From: Chrysomallon squamiferum
Taxonomy: Eukaryota; Animalia; Mollusca
Length of the DNA: 64,000 nt
NCBI GenBank assembly: GCA_012295275.1
Contig: CM022670.1
Span: 27,156,001-27,220,000, forward strand
Direction: 5' to 3'
Position numbers and translations under genes: made by a program
Part shown: one piece after another, positions 1 to 12,655 of the stretch
Layout of the letters: the number at the start of each line of letters is the position of its first letter
Position numbering within the stretch: position 1 is the first letter of the stretch
Notes under the pieces: generated by a model
The model's database searches: none
What the model saw: only the letters and a program-made list of their open reading frames with translations
What the model was told of the DNA's origin: nothing

Positions 1-241
1 AGAAACAGAAAATATTTAAGTATTTTCTGTATTTGTGACTACTAACATTTTTGAAGTGTGTGAAATGTCACAAAAAAGTCTCTATCTTACTCTTTTAGAT
101 TCAGTAAAATGAATGAGTTTTAAATTTTGTTTTACAAAATCATTATGAATAAAAACAAAATAAGCTACAAAAACAATTAAAAAAAAAAAAAATTTATGTA
201 AATGTGAAACCTGACAACATCAAATATGTATAGGTAAGTAC

Positions 242-3200
242 TTTGTTTTTCCAGGCTGGTTTTGACTTTGTTTCTTCTGAAGACACTGTTTTATCAAGTG
301 CTGGTGCTGACAATGACATGGAAATATTTGGACCAGTTCTGTGAAGAAATGTACCACTAGCTGTGTATGCTGTAATAAATAAGCAAATAAATAGTTTAAA
401 TAATACTTTTTTTTATATAAGAAAAATTAACTTGGAGGATTTGACATGAAAAAGACAACATTAATACAAAAAATTAAAAAAAGACACAGCTTAAAGAAAC
501 ATTGGATAGCTGCATAATAAACCTATTAGCTGTTCTTTTTTTCTTTCTTTCATTTTAATAAATATTAATTAGCAATCAGATTATTTATCCAATTTTCTTA
601 TGTTAATGCCATCAAATATATGTCTTAATTTTTTTCTACTTTTAATTAAAAAGAAAAATCTACTTTTTTGCTTTATATCATTATTTTCAACATTTTCATC
701 TACTAAAAAAACAAAAAAAAAAAAAACCCTGCTGTTACCTGCTGAAGTTAAATGGTTATCTTTTGTAATAAATGGTTGTTTTAGTCGGAGGGCTGTAATT
801 GCTTTCATGTTAGCAAGTTCAACCTGGGCTGTCAGTTTATCAATGTTTGTCAAACATGCTGATGACAGCTTTTTCCAGATGTGTGCATGACCACCTAACA
901 AAAAAAAGAGAGTATGTCAGTTATTTTTTATAAAATCAATCTTGTTGAAAAAAAACCACCCTAAAAATCCCCACCAAAAAAAAAAACTATTAACAGCCTA
1001 CATAAGCATCAATGAAAAAGTACTCTGATTAAAGTATCAACATTAACAACAAAAAATAACACATCAAACAATTCTCTGTTCATTAACAGTTAAACCCTTC
1101 CTGCTGACAGGATTAAATTTTTTTTTAAATAATAAAAAAGGACTAGGCTTTAAGGAGGCAATAAAAATAGACATACACATTCATGAGGATCATATAAAAA
1201 AATAACAAAGTGTTTCTCACCAGGCTGACTCAAACTAAACACCTCACTCCTTCTCCAAGGTGAAAACTGTGACAAATGACTAACATCCAGAAAACCTAAA
1301 TACTAATCAAAAAATATATCAATAAATATATAACTGGGTTTTCTAACTGATAAAACTTTCTTTTTTTAATTTTCCAAAAATAAAATAGCATTTTTTATAA
1401 TCAGAAGATACTGAATAATATATTGCTTTTCTGAAATAATAATAATAAATAAGCATCAATAAAAACTTTCAAAATAAGATACAAATAATATTAATTTTTA
1501 CTCTCCAATATTGTTTTGCTTGAATTTTTTATTTTAAATTTAATTTTTTTTTTTGTAAATGTCATATGAATGTATGTATTCTCACTCACCATTTTTTACA
1601 TATGTTAATAAATGTGCTACACTGTTTATTTTGTTTGTACAGAAATGATAACAGCCTGCCAACTCCTGATTTGACAGTTTCTAAATTGTGCTTTTTTCAA
1701 TTTATAACATACTGAAACAAATTATCCATGTGTGTATGTATGTGTGTGTGTGTGTGTGTGTGTGTACATATATAAGACACACACACATTAAACTTACCTG
1801 CAGAAGCAGAACATCTTTTGCTGACAAAGCATCGTTGAGGCACCTATCTCGACCTGCTGGTGTAATGTGTACTATCTGAAAGGTGTAATGCTGAAAGAAA
1901 ATTATTATTTTATTACTAACTTCTGAAATTTCAAAACTAATGTCCTAGTAAAATTAATTAGGGTGACAGGATTTAGTGTAATGATGAATTTACTTTAGAA
2001 AATAAATAGTATCTACAGATAAAGGTAACAAGATAATATTGTAACAAATGTAGAATTAAAAGGGTTAGTATAAGGGTTAAAAAATAAATTTAATAAATAA
2101 AATCTATCCATTCCTGTTCCTCAACAAACATCTCATGAAAAACATCTTATCAGTTTATGAATATCTATTGTTTGAAAATATATGCATGTATAAAAATATA
2201 TTTTAAATTGAAATATTGGATTGAAGTTCATTCAAAAGCTTTTACCTCAGTCTGATATATTTTGATCAGCAGAATACCAAGACCCCAGCAAACATTGGCG
2301 AATGTTCCAAAAGCCAGAGTTTGCCAGAATAACTGTAGATCTAGGAGACCAAGTACTGAGTCAAGGGGACGGACATTAGGACTGACAGGGAAATCAGAAG
2401 AAAAAAAAGAAGAAAATCATTCACATGAACTGTAGAACACATAATTACATATCTTATTGAAAAGTGGTAACAACAATTTTGTCACATTTAATTTTTCTAA
2501 ATCTTTTCAGTATTTTTTCATAAATCTTTTAACTAAATTTATTTTGCACAGACAGACAGACACATACAAACACACACAAAAACATACAAAATAAAATAAA
2601 AAATAAAAATTAGAATTAAAGCTATATTATTCAAAACAGTCATTAACAAATCATTTATGAATTTCATCAATATTAAATGTCACTTACAAATGAAAATGTA
2701 TGTAAATTTTTTATTAAAATGAACATTTTATTTTTACTTACTTTAAAGTAACATTAAAAAGATTACAAATCCATTGTCGAGGATATTTCCCTGAATAAAA
2801 TAAAAAGAGATACTGTAAAATAACAAAAAAGAAAGAAACAAATAAATATATATAATTTTTTAATATTATTTTTTTCATACACATATATATAAATCTGTTA
2901 TAAAATTACAAACAAAACAATATTAATGATTTTGTTAGGATAAATGTAGAAAAATATTACTTTTTCTTGATTTAGTTTTAGAGATACTTGGCCTCAAATT
3001 TTATCATTTTGGCAAAAAATGGGTGAGATCAACAACTTTTAGGCCCTTATCTATTGGTAACAAGTGAGTCAATTTTGATGAAATCAGGGTCACTGGATTC
3101 CACATCTATCATTATTTCTCTGATAGATGCAAGCTGATATTTGGTAACCATTTGTCTTTTTGTTTGACCATGTAGCCCAAATGACTTGGAAATGACCTCA

Positions 3201-5368
3201 GTTCAAAATTAAATTTCAAGATGTTACCAATAAGAGGAAAAAAAAAAAAAAAAAAAAAAACCCAGGTGTATAATATTTTGTTTAGTAGTAAAAGGCAAAG
3301 TCGAAATCTCACATGACAACAAAATGTCAGTTCTAATGAATTAGTGCACAAAAAATGCATCAGAATGCATTAAGGAGATATATCATAGTTTTAGTACTTT
3401 ATTGTAAACCTACCCTGGATGGTGATTTTAAGTAATTCAGTGAACTATGAATGAATCTGCAGTCACAAACTACCTATGAAAAATAAGTGATTTAAAGAAA
3501 CAGAGGGCACTTGTTAGCAAAAAAGAACTGTGTGATAAGAACAATGGTAAAGCATTGTAATTTCAAAGTACAATACATTTAAAGCATCCATTTGACATTT
3601 TTAATTTCAGCAAAATCTAAGATGGTAGGGTTAAACCCATTGGGTTATTTGACATAGAATGCCCCTCTGACAAACTGAATTAATCAAAAACAAAATTTCA
3701 TACCTTTATTAACAAAGGAATCAAATAACTCACCAAAGCAAAAATAAAAAATGTAGAAATATTTCATTTTCAGAATTGTTAGTTTCAAACATTTGTTCAG
3801 TAATGGAACTGCTTCAAGTTTTAATCTCTCCATTTTCTTCATCTGCAAAAAAGTAAAATTGAAACGAACATTAATGAAAGAAAAATTTGTTTAGTGAAAA
3901 TGCTATATTATAAAAATAATTATAAAATGAAACAGTGAATGACATCAGATCTAATCCAGTTGTCACATTAACACATGCATCATATTTTATATAGTAAGTT
4001 CCATCATCACAATAAATGTATATTAATACAGTAAAAAAAAAAAGCTTACTTGTTCTACAGGAAATTCAAGGAATCTTTCATTGAGAATAAAATTGGTGTA
4101 AGTAATGATACCCAAGTATATACCATACAGCATCAGAAATAAATGAGATTCATTTATATGTGCAAAAGTACTGAAAAGTAAAGCAAATGAAAATAGATTG
4201 AGAACATTTATCCAATCATACAAAATAAACAGAAAGATAGAGATGGAGAAACATCATGAATGAATGATCATCAGTAATTTTCATTAATAGAATAATACAT
4301 TGTTTATCAAAAGATGTAACATTTTCAGCTGAAAAAAATTGCAATTTTACATTAATAATCAAGTGAACTTAGAAATAAATATTTCATTTAAACTGAAGTC
4401 ATCCCAAATTGCTAAACTGCCAATGTGTTTTTGTACCTTATTTATTAATTTAGATTTCAAATAATTTGAAAAAAAAGCAAAAAAAAAAAAAGATATTGTT
4501 TATATAAAAATGGAAATGATGGATTGAATTTTTTCCTTGTTTACCTTTCATTTAACTGCTTAGTAGTGAGTCCAGAAAAGCGATTACCAATGACAGCAGT
4601 AGCAGAAGTCCAGGCCATGAAGAGACCAATAGCCGTACATTGAACAAAACATTGCAGTTTAGCCCGTTCAAACAGTGACAGAATGCTTTCAAATCTTGTT
4701 TTGTAAATTACAGGTATCACTGAATGAAAGTAAATATTAAAAAATTAATGGCTTCTTTTTAAAATTTAATATAAATTATTTGTTATTTTTTATTATGATT
4801 TAAATTTTAAAATTAGAATAGTAACTAAGATTTGTCTTTATATTATAAATATTATTATTTATAAGAATTTCTAAGATCTTTTAATGACATGAAATAAAGA
4901 GTAATAGAGAAAATCAAATCTGGGCAGATATAAAATATTATTCTTATTTTAACAATAGTGTAATAAAATAAAATAAAAATGATTTTCATGTTAATTTTTG
5001 TTATATGTATTGAAAGCATGAAATACAACTTTTCTGATATTTGTAAGATTCCTAAATACTAAAACAAAGGCTTAAAATGTCATTAAATTTAATTAATAAT
5101 ATACTTTTTATTATTTATTTTTAACAAACCTGTATAGAAAGAGAATGATAACCAAACAAAACAAACTTGAACTGATGTAAAAAAGAAAACTGCTGTTAAC
5201 CAAGATAAGAACCCTGTACACAGAGTACCTGGACCTGAAATAACAAACAATGTACTTATAAAGTCTAGGAATAATTTCAAAACTTAAAATTTACTATCAC
5301 AAAACAAATATTACTGTTTAAGACAATTCTTGTGTTTCTGATATTGTGTCATGTGTGTGAACATTTGT

Positions 5369-5413
<45 letters not shown>

Positions 5414-6181
5414 GCAAATGAATTAATAAAATGGTCATAACAGTCTCAGAAGTAATTGCTTTTGGTAATTGTTTACGAAGGCTATCAATTACTGTTTACT
5501 AGTTTTAATATATATAATATATTCAGACAATGAAACAATTTATTACTGGATTTCATAAATAATAAATAAAATATAATAATTACAATTTTATGTTTTTTTT
5601 AAAAACAGTATTTTTTATTTTCTTTTTAAAAACCAAATAAAAAAATACTTACTGATGAAAGTTTGAATGTTTGAAAGAAAAATGTAAACAAATGAGACAG
5701 GTACCATAAAAACAAAACACCAAAATCCACTGGCCAGTAGTCGCCAATAACAAAGCTGAAAAAAAAACATACAATTATACTAATATTTTAAATGGTCACT
5801 GTATATTGATCACTGCAAAATGTGTTGTGTATATGGTACTGCATAACAGGCAGAAGTTAGTGCTTGCACACTGAAGCAGTAACCCCAGAACAACATAATT
5901 ATCTCCAGTGAATATTTTAATACAGAGATCTAATTGTATTGTATTCGAAACATAAGATATTATAAACTAGTGATTAACTTTTATAAGTGAAGCTCTAGAT
6001 ATTACTGAAATAATACCAGTGTTCCAATTAATTTGGACAAGGATGCAGCAGTATTTTCAAAATTGTTTTATGTAAATGATAAAAGGATTTACAAGCTTTG
6101 TCAAATCTAAAAAAATCTAGTATTTTCTATGATCATTTGGATTGTTTTTCTTAAATATTTAATTATAATGTAATTTTTTTT

Positions 6182-6218
<37 letters not shown>

Positions 6219-8984
6219 TTAGTGTTTCCCCCATATAGGAAAAGGGGATTTTTTTTCATATTGCCTGTTTTCAAAAGGGCAGAAGTAATAAGGTCTCATA
6301 GTTAAACTTTTGTTAATATTTAAAAAGTGTTGTTTGTATTTGTTTATTAATGCTAAAAGATGCTGTTCATATTTGTTTATTACTGTTAAGAAGTTCTGTT
6401 TGTTTATATTTACTGGTGCTGAAAGTGCTGTTCATAGTTGTATATTAGCACTAAAATGTGCTGTTCATATTTATTAGTGCTAAAAAGTACTGTTTGTATC
6501 TATTAATGCTAAAAAGTGCTGTTTGTATTTGCACTTAGGTGATAATAATTATAGACAGATTTGAGGCAATACTGCAACAATTATAGGCAAGTTTTATGAA
6601 AATGTAGGCAACTGAGGATAGGCATTTATTTATATATTGAAAATTATTTTATAGAGAAAGAAAATAATGAACTCAAAATCAGTTTAGTTTGCAAACACAA
6701 AATAAAAGGTGAATGAACGAATTTTTATTTCATCACTCTTAAATAAACTGCAGTTTTAACTATAACTACATTTTATTTTTATTTACTTATTTATTTAATA
6801 ATAATATTTAATGCCCTGCCCATCACCCATAGATTACCAGTGAGCAAACTGCTTACATGTAGCACTGTACATGGCAACTCACATAGAAGTATCATTCAGT
6901 TTATACCTGTCATCAGAGGTTTTGCTGAATATTTGCTATAATTTGTTGTCCTGCTGCTAGTAGTAGTACTAACATAAAAAGGTTACATAAATATGTTCAA
7001 CATCAACATGGCTTGTCAAATTAAATAATCTGACAATAAGCAGTGTTCCAAATTTATGCACTTCTGAAAAGTTTGGCAAAAATGAATTTTGATCCTCTTT
7101 TTTTAAATAACAGTCATCTCTTTTTACATGACTTTTATGACAATTAGCCTTTTTTTTTTTGCCTTTTGCTTTTGGGACAGTTTTAGAAAATATTTATATA
7201 TATATATATATATATAATTTCTGGTTCAGATTTTGTTTAATTTTTATTTTATGAATGCTGAGGAAAATTCTTCTCGATTATTTTATTTAGACATGAGTAA
7301 AGATTGGTTTATCTGACAAACAAAACTGAGCTATGATTATTTTATGTAACCTTTTGCAAATCTGAACTAGTTAGGTAACAATACATCTTTACAAAATATT
7401 CAGTAAAACCTCTGCTGACAAGGCCAAGAAGAAGACCTAAAGGAAGAAACTGAGCTCACCATAAATTAAAATTTTTCTTGGTTGAAATTGCTCTCTACAT
7501 TTATATGAAACTAGATACTGTTTAAAATGATTGTATTATTAAACTTGTCACTCATGTTGTTTTTTGTTTTTCATTTTGTATGTGTGTGTGTGTTTGTGTT
7601 GTGTCTGACCAAATATTTGACACTATCTGATCTGAACAGCAAGAATACTGTCAATATATTATTATATAGCTGTAATGGGGTGTTTTTGTACATATAAATG
7701 TTAATCACTTAATGCCATTAGCTTAACATGGTCAAAGGATAAATGCCATAAGGTCCCAATGAGCTTATTTTAATTTGATTATTTTTTATTATGATAAATC
7801 ATAAAGATAAGCTGTTACAAGAGAACATGTTTCTGATGGTGGATGTTAATCTTGCCTCAACTCATTCTCTACATGGCAAAATCACCCTACATTTATGTGG
7901 AATTAGATGATGCTTAAAATGACTATATCATTTAAACACATCAATGTATAAAAGACTAAGTTTACTGTAAGTATACTGTATTATGTGTATAGTGTATACA
8001 TTAGCAATGCAAACGTCCGCTAGGGGCGCTCGCGATCTTTGGCGGTAGGGGCAAATCCCAACCTCAAAATCTTACGTTAATTTACTGTAAGTTTTAAAGC
8101 AAAATGAGATCAAATATCAGTTTATTTTGTTTGGGGAGTTTCTTAAAAAGACGTAGTTAAAAATCCGAAAATAAAGCGAAAAGAGGAAAATCGTAAAAAT
8201 GACAACTGAACATTAGAACTAGAAAAAAATCGTAAAAATTAAAACGGTCGATTACGCTTTATAGATCATTTAAATGGAACATTTACATCTGTGTTCTATC
8301 ATATTCTGCTTTGTATTTTACAAATAACCCCCGTATTTATTGTTCTATAGCCATTTGAAATGAAGCGGTAGTGCTCAATTCTTGAAAAATAACCCCTCAG
8401 GAACGACAACTCCACATGATCGTCAGCAGAAGTGTAAACAAAACTAATAGAAAAGTCACCTATTCAGGAACGACCACTCTTATTAAAGCATGATGCATTC
8501 ATCCATCAATTGTAATAGGTCTAAAACATAATATTTAACTCAATAAATCTGTCTCTGTTAAGGTCTTAATAAAAAAAGAACCCTTTATTGAACAGTTCAT
8601 GCTACTTTGATGAAGATCCCTTTTTGGTGACTCAAGGTTGAATTTTTTTTTAAACCAGTCAAATCACTGACATTACAGTCATAGCTGATACACTCACATA
8701 ATAATGGATTAATGGCATACACGGAAAATGTATTTTTGAAAACATTTGAGACTGCTTTTGTTTTAACTGGTATAGCATTGCTATAAATAATATACTATAT
8801 TATATAGTATATAATACATTCGTTACATTAACACGTTCTCGTTGCACTCACATGTGATGTAAATATTAAAATACTAAGTATAATTTTTTTCAAATTCTTC
8901 TTTTGTTTGCGATATTCTAATTAATTGTTATTTCTGATACAAGGAAATTACCTCATCTGAAAACCACTTTTCAATTGGCAGCAT
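242..8984 (-). CDS. NDC1: Nucleoporin NDC1 (transmembrane nuclear pore protein), 5' part; 3' exons lie left of the window
   Basis: Phase-consistent GT-AG exons: 8984-8952 (MLPIEKWFSDE), 5755-5653 (LCYWRLLASGFW), 5234-5130, 4719-4545, 4170-4050 (HINESHLFLMLYG..FLEFPVEQ), 3842-3734, 2790-2742, 2381-2246 (RPLDSVLGLLDLQLFW..KIYQTE), 1890-1798, 1302-1221 (YLGFLDVSHLSQFSPWRRSEVFSLSQP), 894-739 (GGHAHIWKKLSSACL), 369-~242. The motif RRxEVFSLSQPGGH is characteristic of NDC1. The end of the last exon is uncertain. Confidence 0.93.
2960..3420. mobile_element. Probable decayed non-autonomous DNA-transposon fragment in an NDC1 intron
   Basis: More balanced composition than the flanking intron and no spliceable exon. 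No termini identified. Confidence 0.25.
6322..6535. repeat. Degenerate minisatellite, about 7 copies of a 29-33 bp unit (aaaagtgctgttcatatttgtttattaatgct-like)
   Basis: Units read directly: aaaagtgttgtttgtatttgtttattaatgct / aaaagatgctgttcatatttg.. / gaaagtgctgttcatag.. / aaaaagtactgtttgtatc.. / aaaaagtgctgtttgtatttg. Confidence 0.85.
8005..8490. mobile_element. CpG-rich insert in NDC1 intron 1, probably a young repeat element of unknown family
   Basis: GC-rich edge (cgtccgctaggggcgctcgcgatc). Internal direct repeats: tcaggaacgac(a/c)actc at 8397 and 8464, aaatcgtaaaaat twice, aaataacccc twice. Confidence 0.35.
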
Positions 8985-9042
8985 GATGAAGTTCTTGTAT
9001 TTCTGAGAGCACTATTTTTAAAAATGGGTCATTACAACTATT

Positions 9043-9122
9043 TCAATCTTCACATTTTACCGCCATTGATTTGTCTGTGAAAAGTAATTCGTTCCATATA
9101 TTTTGCGCACCGCGCACCGCTA
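9043..9122 (-). promoter_or_regulatory. NDC1 proximal promoter/5' leader with YY1-like CCGCCATT and tandem GCGCACC
   Basis: ccgccattg at 9060-9068 and tgcgcaccgcgcaccgc at 9104-9120, 60-140 bp upstream of the ATG in a local CpG cluster. Confidence 0.45.
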
Positions 9123-9195
9123 AAGTTTAGATATTGTACAAAATATTAAATTGTTTTTCATATGAAATATACAAGACTATGGCTTGAAATTACAT

Positions 9196-9335
9196 GCATA
9201 CATATATACCTACATATACATACATACATAACACACATACATACACATACATACATATATACATATATACACACATGCATTCATAGATACATACACACCT
9301 ATACATTTATACATACATACATCCACACATTTGTA
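9196..9335. repeat. (TACA)n/(CA)n/(TA)n compound microsatellite
   Basis: Direct reading. Confidence 0.85.
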
Positions 9336-10051
9336 TATAACACAGAACAGTGAATTTGGGTGAAAACTTTGGAGATTTTTATCAAAAATGAAAATTAACT
9401 TTAAAAAAAATGTAGGAGACCTGAGATATACTATTAAAACAAAACAAAAAAGTAAAAAAAAAGTAGGGGATATCCCATAAGAATATGAATCATCAAAATG
9501 AAAGTTCTAATGCAATAAACCATGTAAACAAGATAAGCTGTCATCCCAAAAAAAGTACATCAGCAGTTATACATCACCAATTTTACATCTGTGTTGGTCA
9601 TAAAATCTACTGTAATGCTGAACTACAAGTTTTAATGTCTGCCCAATTAATTCACTTTTATCACATAACAATTCCCCACAGGTAATATATTTTACAGTTT
9701 TTTCAGTTGTAAATTCTTATTACAATTCCCTACTTTTTTTTTAAAGTGTATACAGCAGTCAATAAATAAAACCCCAGTAATTTAGATCTGCACAAGTTAT
9801 TTTATTTCTAAATACTATTTTGTTTGAGTATAATAACTAAATATTCATTTTAATTTCATATCAAATAAAATTCATAAAAGTGATTAAAATGATGAAATTT
9901 TTTTTTTTTGTGACTCTAACAATGTACCTACAAAACTGTTTGACATAATGTACCTACTACATGTAATTTGCCTTTATGTAAAAGTATTAATATATTGACA
10001 AGTGTCATTTGTTCAACATGTCATTTTTGTCACAAATAAATATTTTATTTA

Positions 10052-10741
10052 CAGTGGTACCTTGACTTAAGAGTTTAATTCATTCCATGACTGAGCTCAT
10101 ATCTCAATTTGCTCGTATATCAAATCAATTTTCCCAACTGAAATTGAAATATCATTAATCTCTTCCAGCCCCACAAATCCCAATCCTTTTTTTCTTTTTG
10201 GTAACATGTTTTTAAATAAGAAATATGTATTTATAAATGACAAACAAAATAAAAGAGAATGTAAAGAAATAAATTGGTTTTGTAAAGTGTATTTATCTTG
10301 GAGATTGGCTGGAGTTTATAGTCTTTATCAACTCCTTCAGCTTCAGTATGGTACATATTGTAGATGTACTATGTTTGTACTGTCTAGCCAAGTCAAGTAC
10401 ATGCACACCTGACTCATGTTTTTCTATGAATTCAATCTTTAATTCAATGGACATCATCCACTTGTTCTTCTCATCACTGTCATTTGCACTCACTTTTTTA
10501 GGATCCATGGCCAGAAAAAAGAAATTTGACAAAATACTTCTCAAAACACAAACACAACATAACTAGGATGCTTCTATGGCGAGGTTACCAGGTGAGACGT
10601 AGGATGCTGGCTGGATGTTATGTTGTTCGTCACTCATAACTCAGATTTTGGCTTGCAACTCAAAGCAAAAAATTGACCGGGCAACTGCTTGTAACTCAAA
10701 AAATTCATAAGTTGGGGCACTCGTAAGTCAAGGTACCACTG
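10052..10741 (-). mobile_element. Tigger/pogo (Tc1-mariner superfamily) internally deleted element, 690 bp
   Basis: 23-bp TIRs CAGTGGTACCTTGACTTA(A/C)GAGT with one mismatch, TA on both sides (10050-51, 10742-43). Carries an N-terminal CENP-B-type HTH fragment: MDPKKVSANDSDEKNKWMMSIELKIEFIEKHESGVHVLDLARQYKHSTSTICTILK. Confidence 0.93.
10293..10508 (-). pseudogene. Truncated Tigger transposase N-terminal DNA-binding domain, no DDE domain
   Basis: ORF 10293-10544(-) from its internal Met; Tigger/TIGD1-like HTH pattern; lies inside the TIR element. Confidence 0.85.
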
Positions 10742-12655
10742 TATTTATTTTATTTTAATTTTTTTTTACTGTTGTCTTTTTTCATTTTAATATTAATTAT
10801 TGTCAAGTGTCAAAGGTTTTATTATTTTTCTCTTGCTGTAACCTATTTCAGGAATTATTCTTACTGACTGTTGTCAAACTTTTAAAACTGTTTCCTTTTT
10901 CTCTGTAGTCAGATGAAGTATATATCTAAGCTCTGATGAAAAGGAAGCTGGAGGTTTAACACATTGTGACTGTTTCTTCAGTTTAAATTTAAATTCTGCA
11001 AGGCATCCTTTACATAGCATTGCCTGGTTTGCTTTTTTCAAAGTTATTTGAGCCATCAAACAAAAGCTTCTGTTATTATTTTAAAAAATAAGGAAATAAA
11101 ATGCTAATCATAATGGTGGTTAACAATAAAACTATAAAACAGAAGATAAAAAACAAATAAAAACTCAACAATACAAATATTATATTTAATCTTGGATTTT
11201 ATCAATATATGTACAAGAAAGTGCTGACAGATGAAAAATGTGAAAGACAAAATGAGAAAAAATTCATTATAATTGATTATTATAACATATGATTATTGCA
11301 TTTAGTAATTTATCACTTAGGAAACAAAACACCCAATTTCTTTAACTTTATTTCAGTTTTTGAGTAAAATAAAGTTAACAAAATCTTTAGTATGAAAATG
11401 ATGTGTAGTATTTTCTGAGATCACCATTCAAACAACTGGTTTCTAACCAAATTAAGAGCATCTGTTTCTACAGAACTAGATTATTTAAGTTCTAATCAAA
11501 ATATAAGTCTATTATCATCATAAATCTTGGTTTCAAATAAATAATTAGCATCAAATCAAGACCAGCTCAAGAAAATAAATAAATAAATAAATGTATAAAT
11601 ATATTTTAAGTAAACAAAGTAAACTCTAATCAAAACAGTTTCAGGTGCAAAGACTATATTATAATTATTAAGTCAAGAAATAGTCTCACTGAACATTTTC
11701 TATCTATGAAAAGACAACCATTGAATAATTTACTATAAACATTATTATACTATTGAATATTTAATCAGTTTATTAGAACTATATCACCCAAACATATTCA
11801 GATTGACAAAAATGATACAAAAGTAAGTGGAAAGTAGAAGATAAACTCAACAAATAAACAAAACCACAATGTAATTTGGATCACTTCTGAAATACATTGC
11901 TTCATAAAATTTGGCAAATCATTTTGCAGAATTACAATGAATAATTTTAATGTAATTTTAACATAATGTTATTTCATGAGGTAGAAATGTTTCAGGATAT
12001 GTGACGTAACACTACTTATGTTTTAGTCGATTATCATTATGTAGAAAGGTGTGTAACACTGTGATAATGCTAGGAGAAGACGTTATATACAAATTGCATG
12101 GGCAGTTATCATTATTTGCATAATATACAAGTTGGATCAGTATTCATTCAAATAAAATCAAAATTAAAACAAATATATGTACATAAATTATTCAAAATTC
12201 ATTGAAATGCTCATGTAATACTAATGTGTTTTTCTTGATCCTAGAATGGGTTTTTTTCCAGAATGTAGATTACACAGTCTATTTATCTGAATGTTGAAAA
12301 CAATTCTTTTGATTTTTGCATGTGTAATTTAGTGCTCTCTAGTTTGTAAAACATGCACTGAACACAACAGATTCCAATCAGAGTAGGGAAAGAAATGTAA
12401 ACTCTCATTGTTTGAAAGTTTGTGTTCTTGGAGCATTTCTGGGCTTTTTATAACTGCTTTATAACTATGAAGATTGGTGGTGCAATATATTGAAAATATG
12501 CCATAAGTACATCAGTATCAACACTGAAATAAAACATTTCAAAACAGAGGCAAAAACACACCAATTAAATAATGATACACTGGTACACATTTGCTGGTCA
12601 CAATAAAAAAGAGTATTGTTTTTGATATCAACATTTAAATACCAGTAAACAGTAA

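Noticed and set aside
6322-6535. Repeat array as a possible CRISPR
   Set aside because: Head-to-tail degenerate units without unique spacers, in a eukaryotic intron, with no cas genes.
8017-8030. CCGCTAGGGGCGCT as a CTCF site
   Set aside because: One G short of the core spacing, so it aligns poorly.
10874-11059. 61-aa minus ORF with an upstream AG, as a possible extra MFSD1 exon
   Set aside because: MFSD1 already terminates at 12656; no homology evident.
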